Assembly (NCBI GenBank): GCA_043813605.1
Contig: JBDRKX010000115.1
Span: forward strand, 1 to 43,691
Direction of reading: 5' to 3'
DNA length: 43,691 nt
From: Elusimicrobiota bacterium
Lineage (GTDB): Bacteria; CG03; SLGR01; JBDRKX01
The notes beneath the pieces were generated by a model. That model was not told the DNA's origin, ran no database searches, and saw nothing but the letters and a program-made list of their open reading frames with translations. The translations under genes were made by a program, and so were the position numbers. Of the stretch, positions 1 through 13,078 are shown in pieces (position 1 is the first letter of the stretch; every line of letters starts with the position of its first letter).

Positions 1-59
1 AATTCATATCTCGAAAACATTTGCAACATCTGACCTAATAATGTAAAATTTTTACTCAT
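1..59 (-). CDS. N-terminal fragment of a putative IS4-family (DUF4372-type) transposase, truncated by the window edge
   Basis: ATG at 59-57 after AGGAGGATTAGGCT; reads MSKNFTLLGQMLQMFSRYE..., similar to the 'TLF.Q(L/M)L....R.EF' start of DUF4372-containing IS4 transposases. Only 19 codons are visible. Confidence 0.55.
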   Translation of the reverse strand, partial: MSKNFTLLGQMLQMFSRYE

Positions 60-170
60 AGCCTAATCCTCCTTCTTTACCGACTATGTCGGAACGGTTC
101 CGCCTATACAACGTAACCATTATAAAGAAATGATTAGGCTATTTACAACTTTCTAATTTGGACATATATG
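1..170 (-). mobile_element. Left end of a probable IS4-family insertion sequence (continues beyond window start)
   Basis: Minus strand begins CATATATGTCCAAA at 170, resembling the CAT/CAC-N4-GTCC ends I recall for IS4-type elements. It is followed by an SD (AGGAGG) and an ORF resembling a DUF4372/IS4 transposase N-terminus. The other end is not in the window. Confidence 0.55.
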
Positions 171-265
171 TTATTTTATATTAAATATGAAGCAGAACTG
201 TTACTAATTAAAACTAACAGGGCTGGTTATGGGATTGCACGGTTAAATAAAGTCCCTGGTGAACC

Positions 266-670
266 TTATAAACCGGTAACTTGAACTGTGGGAGCTGCAT
301 TCGGATCCTGGTCGAATGTCACTGATATGCCGGCTGAAGAAGCGGTAGCTCCATCTGTCTGTGCAAAAAATCCCATATTTCCGTTCGTAAGAGTTATCTG
401 GTACTGCCTGAAATAGGTGTTCATGGTTGCGTCCACATCAAGCATCGGGTCATGTCCTGTAAGACCTGATCCCACAAACTCGCCGTACTCTGCATAATAT
501 ATTTTCTCAGCCGACGCTATAGTTGAGAGCAGTGTGCGGCCTTCTGTTGCCATCGCTCTTCCTACATAACCCCTGTACATTGTCACGGACATAATAGACA
601 CTATTCCCAATATAACGAGCACGACAACAAGCTCGATAAGTGTGAAGCCTTTCTTTTTCTTGTTTACCAT
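266..670 (-). CDS. Type IV pilin / PilE-like protein with class III (prepilin) signal peptide
   Basis: KKKKG|FTLIELVVVLVILGIVS prepilin cleavage/N-methylation motif with Glu5. Start placed at ATG 670 (ORF track gives 679). Confidence 0.9.
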   Translation of the reverse strand: MVNKKKKGFTLIELVVVLVILGIVSIMSVTMYRGYVGRAMATEGRTLLSTIASAEKIYYAEYGEFVGSGLTGHDPMLDVDATMNTYFRQYQITLTNGNMGFFAQTDGATASSAGISVTFDQDPNAAPTVQVTGL

Positions 671-724
671 ATTAATCATTATACATTAATTCCATATAAT
701 TATTGGCGCAAACTGCAATACGCG

Positions 725-2524
725 TTATTTCTCTTCAGTAGTTTTTAAGATCGCGGCAAATGCACTCTGGGGTATCATAACCAAGCCTACCATTTTCATC
801 CTTTTTTTTCCCTTTTTCTGTTTATCGAGCAATTTGTTCTTGCGGGTTACATCTCCGCCGTAAAGTTTTGCCGTCACATCTTTGCGGTAAGGTGAGATCG
901 TGGACCTTGAGATTATAGTACCTCCTATGGCGCCCTGAATAGCTATTTTGAACTGATGTCTTGGGATCTCATCTTTGAGACGGTCACACATCCTAACTCC
1001 CCATTCCCTCGCTTTTTCACGAAAGACTATCATTGATAACGCATCGACTTTTTCACCATTGACCATAATATCAAGACGCACAAGGTCGCTGGCCCTGTAA
1101 TCGGTCAATTCATAGTCAAACGATCCGTACCCCTGCGTGATCGTCTTCAGTATATCGTAAAAATCATATATCGCTTCGGCTAATGGCATTTCCACAGTAA
1201 GCTCGATACGGCCGGGAGTAGGGTAGCCGGTATGCGGGTTCACTCCCCTGCGGGACAAACAGAGTTTTATTACTACACCCATGTATTTTTCAGGAAAAAA
1301 TATGGATGCTTTGATATACGGCTCTTCGGTACTCTGAATCACTGAAGGATCCGGATAATACTGCGGATTATCTATTTCAAGTATCTCTCCGTTTTTCAGT
1401 ATGAATTTGTAAAGAACACTGGGTACTGTCATAACAATCGGCTGATTATAATCCCGTTCCAAACGCTGCTGAAATATCTCAAGATGAAGGAGCCCCAAAA
1501 AACCGCATCTGAATCCCTGCCCCAGGGCCGCAGAAGAGTCTTTCTGATATGCAAGAGAGGCGTCATTGAGCTCGTACTTTTCCAGAGTTTCCCTGAGTGA
1601 CTGATATTCATCTGATGCCATCGGATATATTGATGAGAATACAACCGATTTGGCTTCCTTGAACCCGGTCAGCGGTTCTGTACTCTCATCCGAATCCAGG
1701 CAGATCGTATCCCCTACGCGTATATCGCCAAGTTTTTTAATACCCGCAATTATATATCCGACTTCTCCGGCATAAAGTGTTTCTTTTTTTCTTTTTTCTA
1801 ACTGAAACAGCCCTACTTCAACTACTTTATAGGTCACATTATTGGACATGAGGCGGATCATATCGCCCGGTTTAACAGAACCGCTAAAAAGACGGCACGC
1901 GATGATCGTACCCCGGAACGAATCATAATAAGCATCAAATATAAGCGCTTTAAGCTGTTTTTCAGGATCAGATTCCGGAGGAGGCACTTTTTCTATTATG
2001 GCCTCAAAAATATCGCTCACTCCCGTACCCTCCTTGGCGGAACACAATATAGCTTTATCGGAATCAAGTCCAAGTTCATTCTCTATCTGCTCTTTAGTGC
2101 CTTCTATATCGGCAGATAAAAGATCTATCTTGTTAATAACAGGTATTATCGCAAGATCGTGCTCCATAGCCATATAAAGATTGGCGATAGTCTGGGCCTC
2201 CACTCCCTGTGAAGCATCAACAATAAGCAGAACTCCCTCGCAAGATGCCAAAGCTCTGGAAACTTCATACGAAAAATCCACATGCCCGGGAGTATCGATC
2301 AGGTTAAGCTCATATTTTTCTCCGTTTTTTGCTGTATACGGCAAAGTTACGGTCTGGCTTTTTATTGTTATGCCCCGTTCCCTTTCGAGTTCCATAGTAT
2401 CCAGTATCTGATCCCTGAAATCCCTTTGAGATACCAGGCCGACGGCCTGGATGAGCCTGTCCGCAAGAGTAGATTTCCCGTGATCTATATGAGCGATTAT
2501 ACTGAAGTTTCTTATGTTAGGCAT
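725..2524 (-). CDS. lepA: Elongation factor 4 (LepA)
   Basis: IRNFSIIAHIDHGKSTLADR, RERGITIK, LIDTPGHVDF, NKID, and C-terminal DVTAKLYGGD..RK.KLL.KQKKGKKRMK; 599 aa. Confidence 0.98.
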   Translation of the reverse strand: MPNIRNFSIIAHIDHGKSTLADRLIQAVGLVSQRDFRDQILDTMELERERGITIKSQTVTLPYTAKNGEKYELNLIDTPGHVDFSYEVSRALASCEGVLLIVDASQGVEAQTIANLYMAMEHDLAIIPVINKIDLLSADIEGTKEQIENELGLDSDKAILCSAKEGTGVSDIFEAIIEKVPPPESDPEKQLKALIFDAYYDSFRGTIIACRLFSGSVKPGDMIRLMSNNVTYKVVEVGLFQLEKRKKETLYAGEVGYIIAGIKKLGDIRVGDTICLDSDESTEPLTGFKEAKSVVFSSIYPMASDEYQSLRETLEKYELNDASLAYQKDSSAALGQGFRCGFLGLLHLEIFQQRLERDYNQPIVMTVPSVLYKFILKNGEILEIDNPQYYPDPSVIQSTEEPYIKASIFFPEKYMGVVIKLCLSRRGVNPHTGYPTPGRIELTVEMPLAEAIYDFYDILKTITQGYGSFDYELTDYRASDLVRLDIMVNGEKVDALSMIVFREKAREWGVRMCDRLKDEIPRHQFKIAIQGAIGGTIISRSTISPYRKDVTAKLYGGDVTRKNKLLDKQKKGKKRMKMVGLVMIPQSAFAAILKTTEEK

Positions 2525-2557
2525 GTTCTTATATTAAAACGGCGGTTTTTCCTGAAT

Positions 2558-3820
2558 CTACTGCCGCTCTATGCTCTCTTTCCCATTCATGTATTTCCGG
2601 AGTACTTCAGGGATTGTTACATTCATTTCTTCTGTCTGAAAATTCTCCAGAACAGCAGCGAATATCCTGCCGACTGCCAGACCGGAAGAGTTAAGCGTAT
2701 GAACATATTTTGTACCACTCTCCGTCCTGTAACGCGTCATCATGCGTCTTGCCTGAAAATCCCGGCAGTTGGAACAGGAGGAGACCTCCCGCCATTTCTC
2801 CTCTCCGGGCATCCAGACTTCGAGGTCATATGTCCTTGAAGCCGAAAATCCAAGTTCTTCGGTACCGAGTTCAATTACCCTGTATGTCAGTTCCAGCTGT
2901 TTCAGTATCTCTTCAGATTCAGCAAGCAACTGTTCATGAAACATCTCTGATTCTTCAGGAACAACGATATTAACAAGCTCAACTTTATTGAACTGGTGCT
3001 GTCTTATTAATCCGCTTGTATCTTTACCGTACGAACCGGCCTCTCTCCTGAAACACGGTGTGTAAGCAACATATTTCTTCGGGAGATCTTCAGGAGAAAG
3101 AATTTCCTCCCTGCATATGTTTGCAAGCGGTACTTCGGCTGTAGGGATCAGGCACAGATTGTCTTCTTTTGTAATATACATCTCTTCCCTGAACTTAGGC
3201 AGCTGGCCTGTTCCTACCATTATCTCTTCTCTTACGAGATATGGGGGCATTATCTCCGTATACCCGTGTTTCCCGATATGTATATCGAGCATAAATCCTA
3301 TCAGCGCCCTCTCAAGCCGGGACCCTTCACCGCACAGCATAGCAAACCTTGAACCGCTTAATTTTGCTGCAGTCTTCAGATCCATTATTTTCAGTATTTC
3401 ACCTATTTCCCAGTGTGCTGCAGGCTTGAATCCGAAGGTCGGTTTTGAACCGGTTTCCCTGATCACAGTGTCTTTTCTGCCTGTCTTTTCATCCGGCAGA
3501 TTGGGAATAATCAAACTCATTTCATCAACAGCCGATTTCAGGTTCCTGTTTTTGTCGTCATGTGATTTAATACTGTCTGCAATGGTTTTCATTTCCTCTA
3601 TCTGATTAGATGCGGCAGCTCCTTCCTGCTTGAGACGCCCTATCTCCTTTGAAGCTTCGTTTTTCCTGTTCTTCAGTTCTTCTACTTCACTTATTCCCTG
3701 CCTCCATTCGGCATCTTTTCCCTTTATTGCTTCTATTTGATCCCTGTAGTCGCCCCCCCTTTTTGACAGGAGTTCGATTATGCTCTCTTTATCTTTTCTT
3801 ATTAAAGTTATATCAAGCAT
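2558..3820 (-). CDS. serS: Serine--tRNA ligase
   Basis: N-terminal coiled-coil arm, GTGQLPKF, LIPTAEVP, FRREAGSYGKDT.GLIRQHQFNKVE, EVSSCSNC.DFQARR, HTLNSSGLAVGR. Confidence 0.98.
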   Translation of the reverse strand: MLDITLIRKDKESIIELLSKRGGDYRDQIEAIKGKDAEWRQGISEVEELKNRKNEASKEIGRLKQEGAAASNQIEEMKTIADSIKSHDDKNRNLKSAVDEMSLIIPNLPDEKTGRKDTVIRETGSKPTFGFKPAAHWEIGEILKIMDLKTAAKLSGSRFAMLCGEGSRLERALIGFMLDIHIGKHGYTEIMPPYLVREEIMVGTGQLPKFREEMYITKEDNLCLIPTAEVPLANICREEILSPEDLPKKYVAYTPCFRREAGSYGKDTSGLIRQHQFNKVELVNIVVPEESEMFHEQLLAESEEILKQLELTYRVIELGTEELGFSASRTYDLEVWMPGEEKWREVSSCSNCRDFQARRMMTRYRTESGTKYVHTLNSSGLAVGRIFAAVLENFQTEEMNVTIPEVLRKYMNGKESIERQ

Positions 3821-3822
3821 GA

Positions 3823-5232
3823 TTATCCCTTTATTACAGCCAGAGGTATGAATCTGGCTACTTTACGCGATATACCGGCATTGTGACATATATCTACCAC
3901 GTGTGACACATCCTTATAGGCTTGAGGCGCTTCTTCAGCTACTGTTTTTGTGCTTTTGGCCATTACAAATATACCTTTTTCTTTCAAATCAGCAATAATC
4001 TGGTGCCCGTTCACTGTTTTTAAAGCCCTTGTTCTAGACCATACTCTCCCGGCTCCATGGCAAGTCGAACCAAAACTTTCTTCCATTGCCATTGATGTTC
4101 CTTTTGACAAATAAGACGATGTACCCATCGTTCCGGGTATTATAACCGGCTGACCGGTTTCCATGTATCTTTCAGGCAGTTCTTTCCTGCCGGGTCCAAA
4201 AGCCCTGGTCGCTCCTTTTCTGTGAACAATGAGTTTTTTGCCTTTATATTCTTCCACTTTTCCTACATTATGACAAACATCATACACAAGTTCAATTTCA
4301 GCGCTTATCCCCAGTATTTTTTCAGCAGACTCCCTTATCCAGTGCATGATGCACTGCCTGTTGGCCCAGGCATAGTTTGCTCCACACTGCATAGCGCTGA
4401 AATACCTCTGTCCTTCTTCAGAATTAAACGGCGCGCATGCAAGCTGCCTGTCAACCAGATCTATCTTGTATTTGGCAACTGCCGTTCTCATAACTTTTAA
4501 ATAATCTTCGCAAATCTGATACCCCAGTCCCCTTGAACCGGTATGTATCATTATGGTTATCTGCCCCTTTTTGATACCGTAACATTGAGCAGCTTGTTCA
4601 TCGTATATATCGCTCACTTTCTGTATTTCAATAAAATGATTTCCCGCTCCAAGGGTTCCGACCTGCTGCTGGCCCCTTTCAAGAGCTCTTTCCGATACAA
4701 ATTCCGGTTCTGCACCTTTCATGCAACCCTCTTCTTCTGTGAACTCCAGATCCGCAACTTTTCCATACCCGTTCTTCACTGCCCAGGCCGCGCCATTTTT
4801 CAGCACATTCTTAACATCTTTTTTCTGGAGCTTTATCTTTCCGGTACATCCCACTCCTGCCGGCACATTTTCATAGATCTCTTTGCATAATCCTTTAATA
4901 TCTTCTTCTTTCAAGTCATTTTCTGTTATTGATGTCCTTAAGAGCCTTACTCCGCAGTTTATGTCATATCCGATGCCTCCGGGAGATATTACGCCTTTTT
5001 CAGTATCAAATGCCGCTACGCCTCCTATAGGAAATCCATAACCGTAATGGATATCCGGCATTGCCATTGATTTCCCGACTATCCCGCCCAGCGTAGCCAC
5101 ATTGGCTACTTGCTGTTGGGCGTTATCCCGCTTTATATCTTCTATTATCCTTTCATCAGCAAAGATGAGGCCTTCCGTCCTCATCTTGCCGGTCATAGGT
5201 ATGATATATTTATAATCTGAGATTTTCTCCAT
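3823..5232 (-). CDS. rtcB: RtcB RNA 3'-phosphate/5'-OH ligase (long, archaeal/eukaryote-like form)
   Basis: MPDIHYGYGFPIGGV, GYDINCGVRL, GTLGAGNHFIE, IHTGSRGLG, HNVGK, VHRKGATRAF, PGTMGT.SY, STCHGAGR, EEAP.AYKDV; 469 aa. Confidence 0.97.
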   Translation of the reverse strand: MEKISDYKYIIPMTGKMRTEGLIFADERIIEDIKRDNAQQQVANVATLGGIVGKSMAMPDIHYGYGFPIGGVAAFDTEKGVISPGGIGYDINCGVRLLRTSITENDLKEEDIKGLCKEIYENVPAGVGCTGKIKLQKKDVKNVLKNGAAWAVKNGYGKVADLEFTEEEGCMKGAEPEFVSERALERGQQQVGTLGAGNHFIEIQKVSDIYDEQAAQCYGIKKGQITIMIHTGSRGLGYQICEDYLKVMRTAVAKYKIDLVDRQLACAPFNSEEGQRYFSAMQCGANYAWANRQCIMHWIRESAEKILGISAEIELVYDVCHNVGKVEEYKGKKLIVHRKGATRAFGPGRKELPERYMETGQPVIIPGTMGTSSYLSKGTSMAMEESFGSTCHGAGRVWSRTRALKTVNGHQIIADLKEKGIFVMAKSTKTVAEEAPQAYKDVSHVVDICHNAGISRKVARFIPLAVIKG

Positions 5233-5234
5233 TA

Positions 5235-5657
5235 TTATATATCGAAATAGACCACTGTGGACATACTGTCATCATTTTTGCGGATTTCCAGATTATGGTA
5301 TGTTGCTGCCTTGATCTCTCTGCCAGTACCGGGTCCGCTATCACTCCTGCTGCCCATTATACTGCATATTAACCTACTGCCCGTGATACAAATATCATCG
5401 ATTTCAGCGGGTATCCAGTTTTCGCTGTTGATCATATAGAGAAGTTCGTTAAGAAAATCGACAAGTAATGATTCCATGTCCGGAGAATCGATTTCAATTG
5501 CCCTTGCTTCCAAGACAGCATTATTGCATAAACTTCTATCTGCCAGGTAGCGCAAACCCATTAAACCGCTGTAAAAAAGATCTTCAGGCACCTGCCCCCA
5601 TAGTTTCAATCCGATATCTGCAGTATGTTCTACCGGAATAAAACCCCTGTCATTCAC
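5235..5657 (-). CDS. Archease (RtcB activator)
   Basis: EHTADIG N-terminal motif, [23 protein letters not shown]-terminal YFDI. Start reassigned to GTG 5657, overlapping the gyrA stop. Confidence 0.93.
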   Translation of the reverse strand: MNDRGFIPVEHTADIGLKLWGQVPEDLFYSGLMGLRYLADRSLCNNAVLEARAIEIDSPDMESLLVDFLNELLYMINSENWIPAEIDDICITGSRLICSIMGSRSDSGPGTGREIKAATYHNLEIRKNDDSMSTVVYFDI

Positions 5658-8109
5658 CGACAATATCTTCTTTTGCAATGCTTGCCACAGAAACAAACTT
5701 GTCATCTTTGTCCAGCTTTAAGAGCCGTACGCCCTGAGTGTTTCTGCCTATTGCCCTGATCTCGCTTACCCTCTGCCTGTTCACTATGCCCTTTTTCGTA
5801 ATGAGCACAATATCGTCATCCACATCGACTTTTTTTACAGCAACAACTTCCCCGTTCCTCTCGGAAGCTTTTATGTTTATTACCCCTTTCCCGCCGCGTT
5901 TCTGCAATCTGTAGTTTTCAATAAGGGTCCGCTTGCCGTAACCATGCTCGCATACGGTAAGGAAACTGTTGCCTTTTTCAACAACCGCCATTCCTATAAC
6001 TTCATCGATTTTCCTAAGATTTATGCCCTTGACACCGCGGGCGCCTCTCCCCATAGAACGCACATCTTTTTCATTGAACTGTATCGCCATCCCTTTTTTT
6101 GTCGAGATCATTACCGTATCTTCACCGGTAGTTTCTTTAACTTCAATCAGCTCATCATTCTCATCCAGTTTTATAGCGATAATACCGCCCTTTCTCGGTC
6201 TTGAATATTCTTTGAGAGAAGTTTTCTTTATTATACCTAATGCCGTTGCCATAATAAGATAGTTGTCTTTTACCTCTTCGAAATCCCTCACGGCTATGGT
6301 TGCCGTGACTTTTTCATCGGCTTCAAGCGACAGCAGATTCACTATTGCTTTTCCCTTTGCACTCCTCTCAGCTGCCGGTATCTCGTACACCTTCAGCCAG
6401 TAGATCTTGCCCATATTTGTAAAAAACATCATATAGGCGTGTGTAGATGTTATAAATATATCTTCTATAAAATCTTCGTCCCGGGTCTCCATCCCTTTAA
6501 TACCGCGCCCTCCCCTTCTCTGTGCCCTGTAAGTATCAATCGGGAGCCTCTTTACATAACCTGCATTAGAACGCGTTACAACCATATCTTCTTCTTTTAT
6601 CAGGTCCTCTTTGTCGATATCGTCTACCGCAACCCCTAATTCAGTAAGTCTTTTATCGCCGAACTGACCTGCTACATCTTCTACCTGCTGTTTTATTATA
6701 TTACTCACCCTTTCCGGGCTTTTCAGTATTGCTTTACAGCTCTCTATCTCTTTTATAAGGCTCTTATACTCTTCTTCGAGCTTGTTCACTTCCAGTGAGG
6801 TCAGCCTGTGAAGCCTCATATCCAGTATTGCTTCGCTCTGTTTGACTGTTAACTCGAAATTACTGATAAGTTTCTGTTCGGCTTCTTTCCTGTCATTTGA
6901 TTTCCTTATGATTTTTATTACTTCATCGAGATTGGCAAGCGCTATTCTCAGTCCTTCTACAATATGGGCCCTTTCTTCGGCTTTTTTCAGATCAAAAAGC
7001 GTACTGCGCCTCACCATCTCCTTCCTGTGTTCCAGGTAGTAATATAACATCTCCTTCAGGTTCAGTACGCGGGGCTGATTATCCACAAGCGCCAGCATAT
7101 TCATCCCGAATGTAGACTGCAGTGACGTATGCTTATACAGTTGGTTTAATACCACTTCCGGATTAGCATTCCTTGAGAGTTCTATCATTACCCTTATTCC
7201 ATGCCTGTCGCTCTCATCTCTTAAATCCGTTATGCCTTCTACTCTTTTCTCCTTTACGAGGGTTGCGATCTGCTCTATTATTGAAGATTTATTGCCCATG
7301 TAGGGTATCTCTTTTACTATCAAGGCAACTTTATGCTGTTTTATCTGCTCTTCTATCACCTTGGCCCTTATCTTTATCACTCCCCTGCCCGTATTATAAG
7401 CACTGATTATGCCATTTCTTCCGCATATTGTTGCTCCTGTGGGAAAATCAGGGCCTTTTATATCCTCCATCAGTTCTTCCACTGTTATATCCGGATTCTC
7501 TATCATCTTTACCAGACCCGCTGAGATCTCGTTCAGATTATGAGGCGGTATATTTGTCGCCATCCCGACAGCGATGCCTGATGACCCGTTTACAAGAAGA
7601 TTAGGTATGTTTGAAGGCAGTACTTTGGGTTCTAAGAGACTTTCGTCAAAATTTGGTACATAGTCTACGGTTTCTTTGTTTATGTCTCTTAGAAGCTCTT
7701 CTGTAAGCTTTGCCATGCGTATCTCGGTGTACCTCATAGCCGCCGCCCGGTCGCCATCAATAGAACCGTAATTTCCCTGACCGTCAAGTAGAGGATACCT
7801 GAGAGAAAAGTCCTGTACCATCCTGACCATACTGTCATAAACCGCCTGATCGCCGTGCGGATGATATTTTCCAAGTACTTCACCGACGATCCTTGCACAT
7901 TTCTTATACGCCTTGTTATACGTTACTCCTATATCATTCATTGCATAGAGTATTCTTCTGTGCACCGGTTTAAGTCCGTCCCTTACATCAGGAAGCGCTC
8001 TTCCTACGATCACGCTCATTGCGTAATCAATATAAGACTTTTTCATCTCGTCTTCAACGTTCCTGTTTTCCGTATTCTTTATTTTTATTTCTTTATCTTT
8101 ATCATTCAT
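5650..8109 (-). CDS. gyrA: DNA gyrase subunit A
   Basis: [38 protein letters not shown] (catalytic Tyr), GyrA-box QRRGGRG, beta-pinwheel CTD. Confidence 0.98.
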   Translation of the reverse strand: MNDKDKEIKIKNTENRNVEDEMKKSYIDYAMSVIVGRALPDVRDGLKPVHRRILYAMNDIGVTYNKAYKKCARIVGEVLGKYHPHGDQAVYDSMVRMVQDFSLRYPLLDGQGNYGSIDGDRAAAMRYTEIRMAKLTEELLRDINKETVDYVPNFDESLLEPKVLPSNIPNLLVNGSSGIAVGMATNIPPHNLNEISAGLVKMIENPDITVEELMEDIKGPDFPTGATICGRNGIISAYNTGRGVIKIRAKVIEEQIKQHKVALIVKEIPYMGNKSSIIEQIATLVKEKRVEGITDLRDESDRHGIRVMIELSRNANPEVVLNQLYKHTSLQSTFGMNMLALVDNQPRVLNLKEMLYYYLEHRKEMVRRSTLFDLKKAEERAHIVEGLRIALANLDEVIKIIRKSNDRKEAEQKLISNFELTVKQSEAILDMRLHRLTSLEVNKLEEEYKSLIKEIESCKAILKSPERVSNIIKQQVEDVAGQFGDKRLTELGVAVDDIDKEDLIKEEDMVVTRSNAGYVKRLPIDTYRAQRRGGRGIKGMETRDEDFIEDIFITSTHAYMMFFTNMGKIYWLKVYEIPAAERSAKGKAIVNLLSLEADEKVTATIAVRDFEEVKDNYLIMATALGIIKKTSLKEYSRPRKGGIIAIKLDENDELIEVKETTGEDTVMISTKKGMAIQFNEKDVRSMGRGARGVKGINLRKIDEVIGMAVVEKGNSFLTVCEHGYGKRTLIENYRLQKRGGKGVINIKASERNGEVVAVKKVDVDDDIVLITKKGIVNRQRVSEIRAIGRNTQGVRLLKLDKDDKFVSVASIAKEDIVGE

Positions 8110-8133
8110 TTTAAATGCCTCTTTTTACAGATA

Positions 8134-10762
<2,629 letters not shown>

Positions 10763-10766
<4 letters not shown>

Positions 10767-11794
10767 AATGGTATTATGTTACATACATTCTTCATTTCCG
10801 CCGGAATTTCTGTAGCCGTCATTATACTCTGTACATTATCAAGTCTGGATTCTATTAAATGTCTCTTCTCTTCATCAAGTTCACTGAAGACATCATCCAG
10901 AAGCACAATGGGCTGCTTCCCTTTTTTTTCTTTCAATATGCGCCAGGCAGCCATTCTGAAAATAAGAGCGCCAATGCGAACCTCGCCTCTCGAACCGTAT
11001 TTTCTCAGGTTCTTCCCATCCAGATAAAAACAAAAAGATTCCCTGTGAGGTCCCCATGTAGTACACCCGCAGGCAATGTCGTCATTTATGCTTTTATCCG
11101 AATTATAATTATTTATATTATACTTTATTTTTAATAAATATTTAAGCCCCATATCACTTGTTTCCTCTTGTATCGAGCTGTTTATTTCTTTTATAAATTC
11201 CCTCCTGGAGTCGCTTATTTTCTCTGCATATTTCAAAAGTGATTTTGTCCATACATTAAGCCCGTCCATAAACTCCTTGCCTTTATTCTCATAGCCCTCT
11301 TTTAGAAGCGCGTTTCTCTCCTTGAGTATTCTGTTGTATTTCAACAAAATATCGATGAACCGGCTGTCAGTTTGCGCTTTGATGATATTCATCATCCTTC
11401 TCAGGCTTCCCGGAGGACCCTTGATCACTTCTATGTCTTCCGGAGAAAACATCACAACGGGGAACCTGTCTATGAGCGTATTCTTTTTAACAGCTGATGA
11501 ATTCAGTGAAGCTCTTATCCCCTCGCCTTTTTTATAATCCAGGCCTACTGTCAGTTTACCGGTACTATTGATTATATCTCCGGTTATCCTGAATGCATTT
11601 TCATCATGCATTGTTATTTCGCTGAGTATGTTGTTCCTGTGGGAAATTGTTGTAGATATCAGGAATATAGCTTCAAGTATATTTGTTTTTCCGGTTCCGT
11701 TTTTTCCAGTGATTATGTTTGTGCCGTCACTGAATTTTATATTGAAGTTCCTGTAATTTCTAAAATTTATTAAGTTCAGTTCTTTTATAAACAA
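10763..11794 (-). CDS. recF: DNA replication/repair protein RecF
   Basis: NFRNY, GKNGTGKTNILEAI Walker A, FSPED, GPHRE, GSRGE, LLDDVFSELD; TTG start. Confidence 0.95.
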
Positions 11795-11808
11795 ATTGAA
11801 CTTTATTC

Positions 11809-12918
11809 TTATCTCATCGGCATGATCACTCCGATGTAATTTTCTTCATCGCTAACCGGAGTTATCTTACAGGGGTTAATCGGGGTAGAAAGCCCTAATT
11901 TCACATGCTCACTTTTTATTACTTTTAAACTATTGATAATAAATTCGGGATTAAATGATATCTCTATTTCTTCTCCTTTATACTGTACCGGTATGGTACT
12001 TGTGCCGCTTCCTACTTCGGTAGGTCCTGTCGATATAATGGCAGAATCATTTTTGAATTTACATTTTACCGCAAGGGATCTTTCACTTGTAACAGCGATC
12101 ATTTTTCTTGTGGCATTAAGTATATCTTCTGTTTTCACAATAATAGATTTTGTTGGTTTATCAGGGATAACCTGTGAATAATTCGGATAATCCCCTTCTA
12201 TCAGTCTGGAATATATAACTGTATTACCGAATGAAAAATAGATCTGGTTTTCTTTAGCGCTAATACTTATCTTTATATCTGCATTTTCATCTGTTATCGC
12301 CCTGTCGAGTACATTTATAGCTTTTGTCGGGATAATCGCGCTTATATTATCTTTGTTATTTTCAATCTTCTTATTATAAAAAGATAATCGTCTGCCATCT
12401 GTTGAAACCATTTTAAAATCGCCGGAAATCACCTCCATATATATACCGCAGAGAACATACCTTGATTCATCTCTTGAAACAGAAAAAATTGTTTTATTTA
12501 TTCCTTCAATAAGGTCTTTTGCCTTAAGAACAATAGTCTTTTCTTCTTTTAAGCCCGGTAAAACCGGGAATTCTTCTTTTTCTCTTCCATTTATATTGAA
12601 TGTGGTATTTCCATTTTCAGTACTTAATTCAAACTGGTTATTGTTAATTTTTTTAAAATTACATTCTTTTGAGTCTATTACTTTTACGATGTTAACAAGG
12701 TTTTTTGCCGGAATGGTAGCAGAACCAGCTTTATCAACAATAGTATTCATTGAAGATTCTATTCCTATTTCAAGATCATTGGCATACACCTTAACGATAT
12801 TATCTTGAGCCTCTATTAGAAAGTGAGATAATATAGGGAGTGTACTCCTTTCAGAAACAGCTGGTATAACCGTTGTCAATAAATCAAGAAAATCGTGAGT
12901 TTTAAGTTTTAATTTCAT
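11809..12918 (-). CDS. dnaN: DNA polymerase III beta sliding clamp
   Basis: LPILSH, STDGRRLS, SRLIEGDYPNY, C-terminal IMPMR; GGGAGG SD; downstream of dnaA. Confidence 0.97.
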   Translation of the reverse strand: MKLKLKTHDFLDLLTTVIPAVSERSTLPILSHFLIEAQDNIVKVYANDLEIGIESSMNTIVDKAGSATIPAKNLVNIVKVIDSKECNFKKINNNQFELSTENGNTTFNINGREKEEFPVLPGLKEEKTIVLKAKDLIEGINKTIFSVSRDESRYVLCGIYMEVISGDFKMVSTDGRRLSFYNKKIENNKDNISAIIPTKAINVLDRAITDENADIKISISAKENQIYFSFGNTVIYSRLIEGDYPNYSQVIPDKPTKSIIVKTEDILNATRKMIAVTSERSLAVKCKFKNDSAIISTGPTEVGSGTSTIPVQYKGEEIEISFNPEFIINSLKVIKSEHVKLGLSTPINPCKITPVSDEENYIGVIMPMR

Positions 12919-13078
12919 TATTCCTCCCGAACATAATTATAAAAATACATTACTTAACTTAATTATCATTATTAAAATAGTGCCTGTTAAAAATGTTAAA
13001 AACATCAAAACGTTAACGACAAAAAAAGACTAAAAACATGTTAAAAAGAACAAAATATTATTAACTGTTTCAATAATA
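12919..13078. other. oriC: Probable oriC unwinding region (dnaA-dnaN intergenic): tandem DnaA-box-like 9-mers, GC cluster, DnaA-trios, AT-rich DUE
   Basis: Minus strand reads TTTTTAACA TTTTTAACA GGCA CTATTTTAATAATGATAATT...; TGTTAAAAA at 12985-12993, 12994-13002 and 13039-13047; TTATTAACT at 13058-13066; six consecutive NAN triplets at 12961-12978. Confidence 0.8.

Noticed and set aside
703..718. TTGGCGC...TGCA resembling a sigma54 promoter near the pilin gene
   Set aside because: Wrong strand for the pilin, and the GG-GC spacing is 8 rather than 10 nt.
2660..2705. SerRS motif 3 reads TLNSSGLA rather than the usual TLNGSGLA
   Set aside because: Single substitution with all other motifs intact; not enough to claim altered specificity or inhibitor resistance.
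5658..5705. N-terminal extensions in the ORF track (archease; also ntpC 28394-28459, kinase 37284-37346, LysM protein 39419-39493)
   Set aside because: They overlap upstream genes extensively; downstream starts with SD or stop-start coupling fit better.
7079..7087. Perfect canonical DnaA box TTATCCACA
   Set aside because: Single copy inside gyrA about 6 kb from dnaA, explained by Val-Asp-Asn codons on the minus strand; not clustered.
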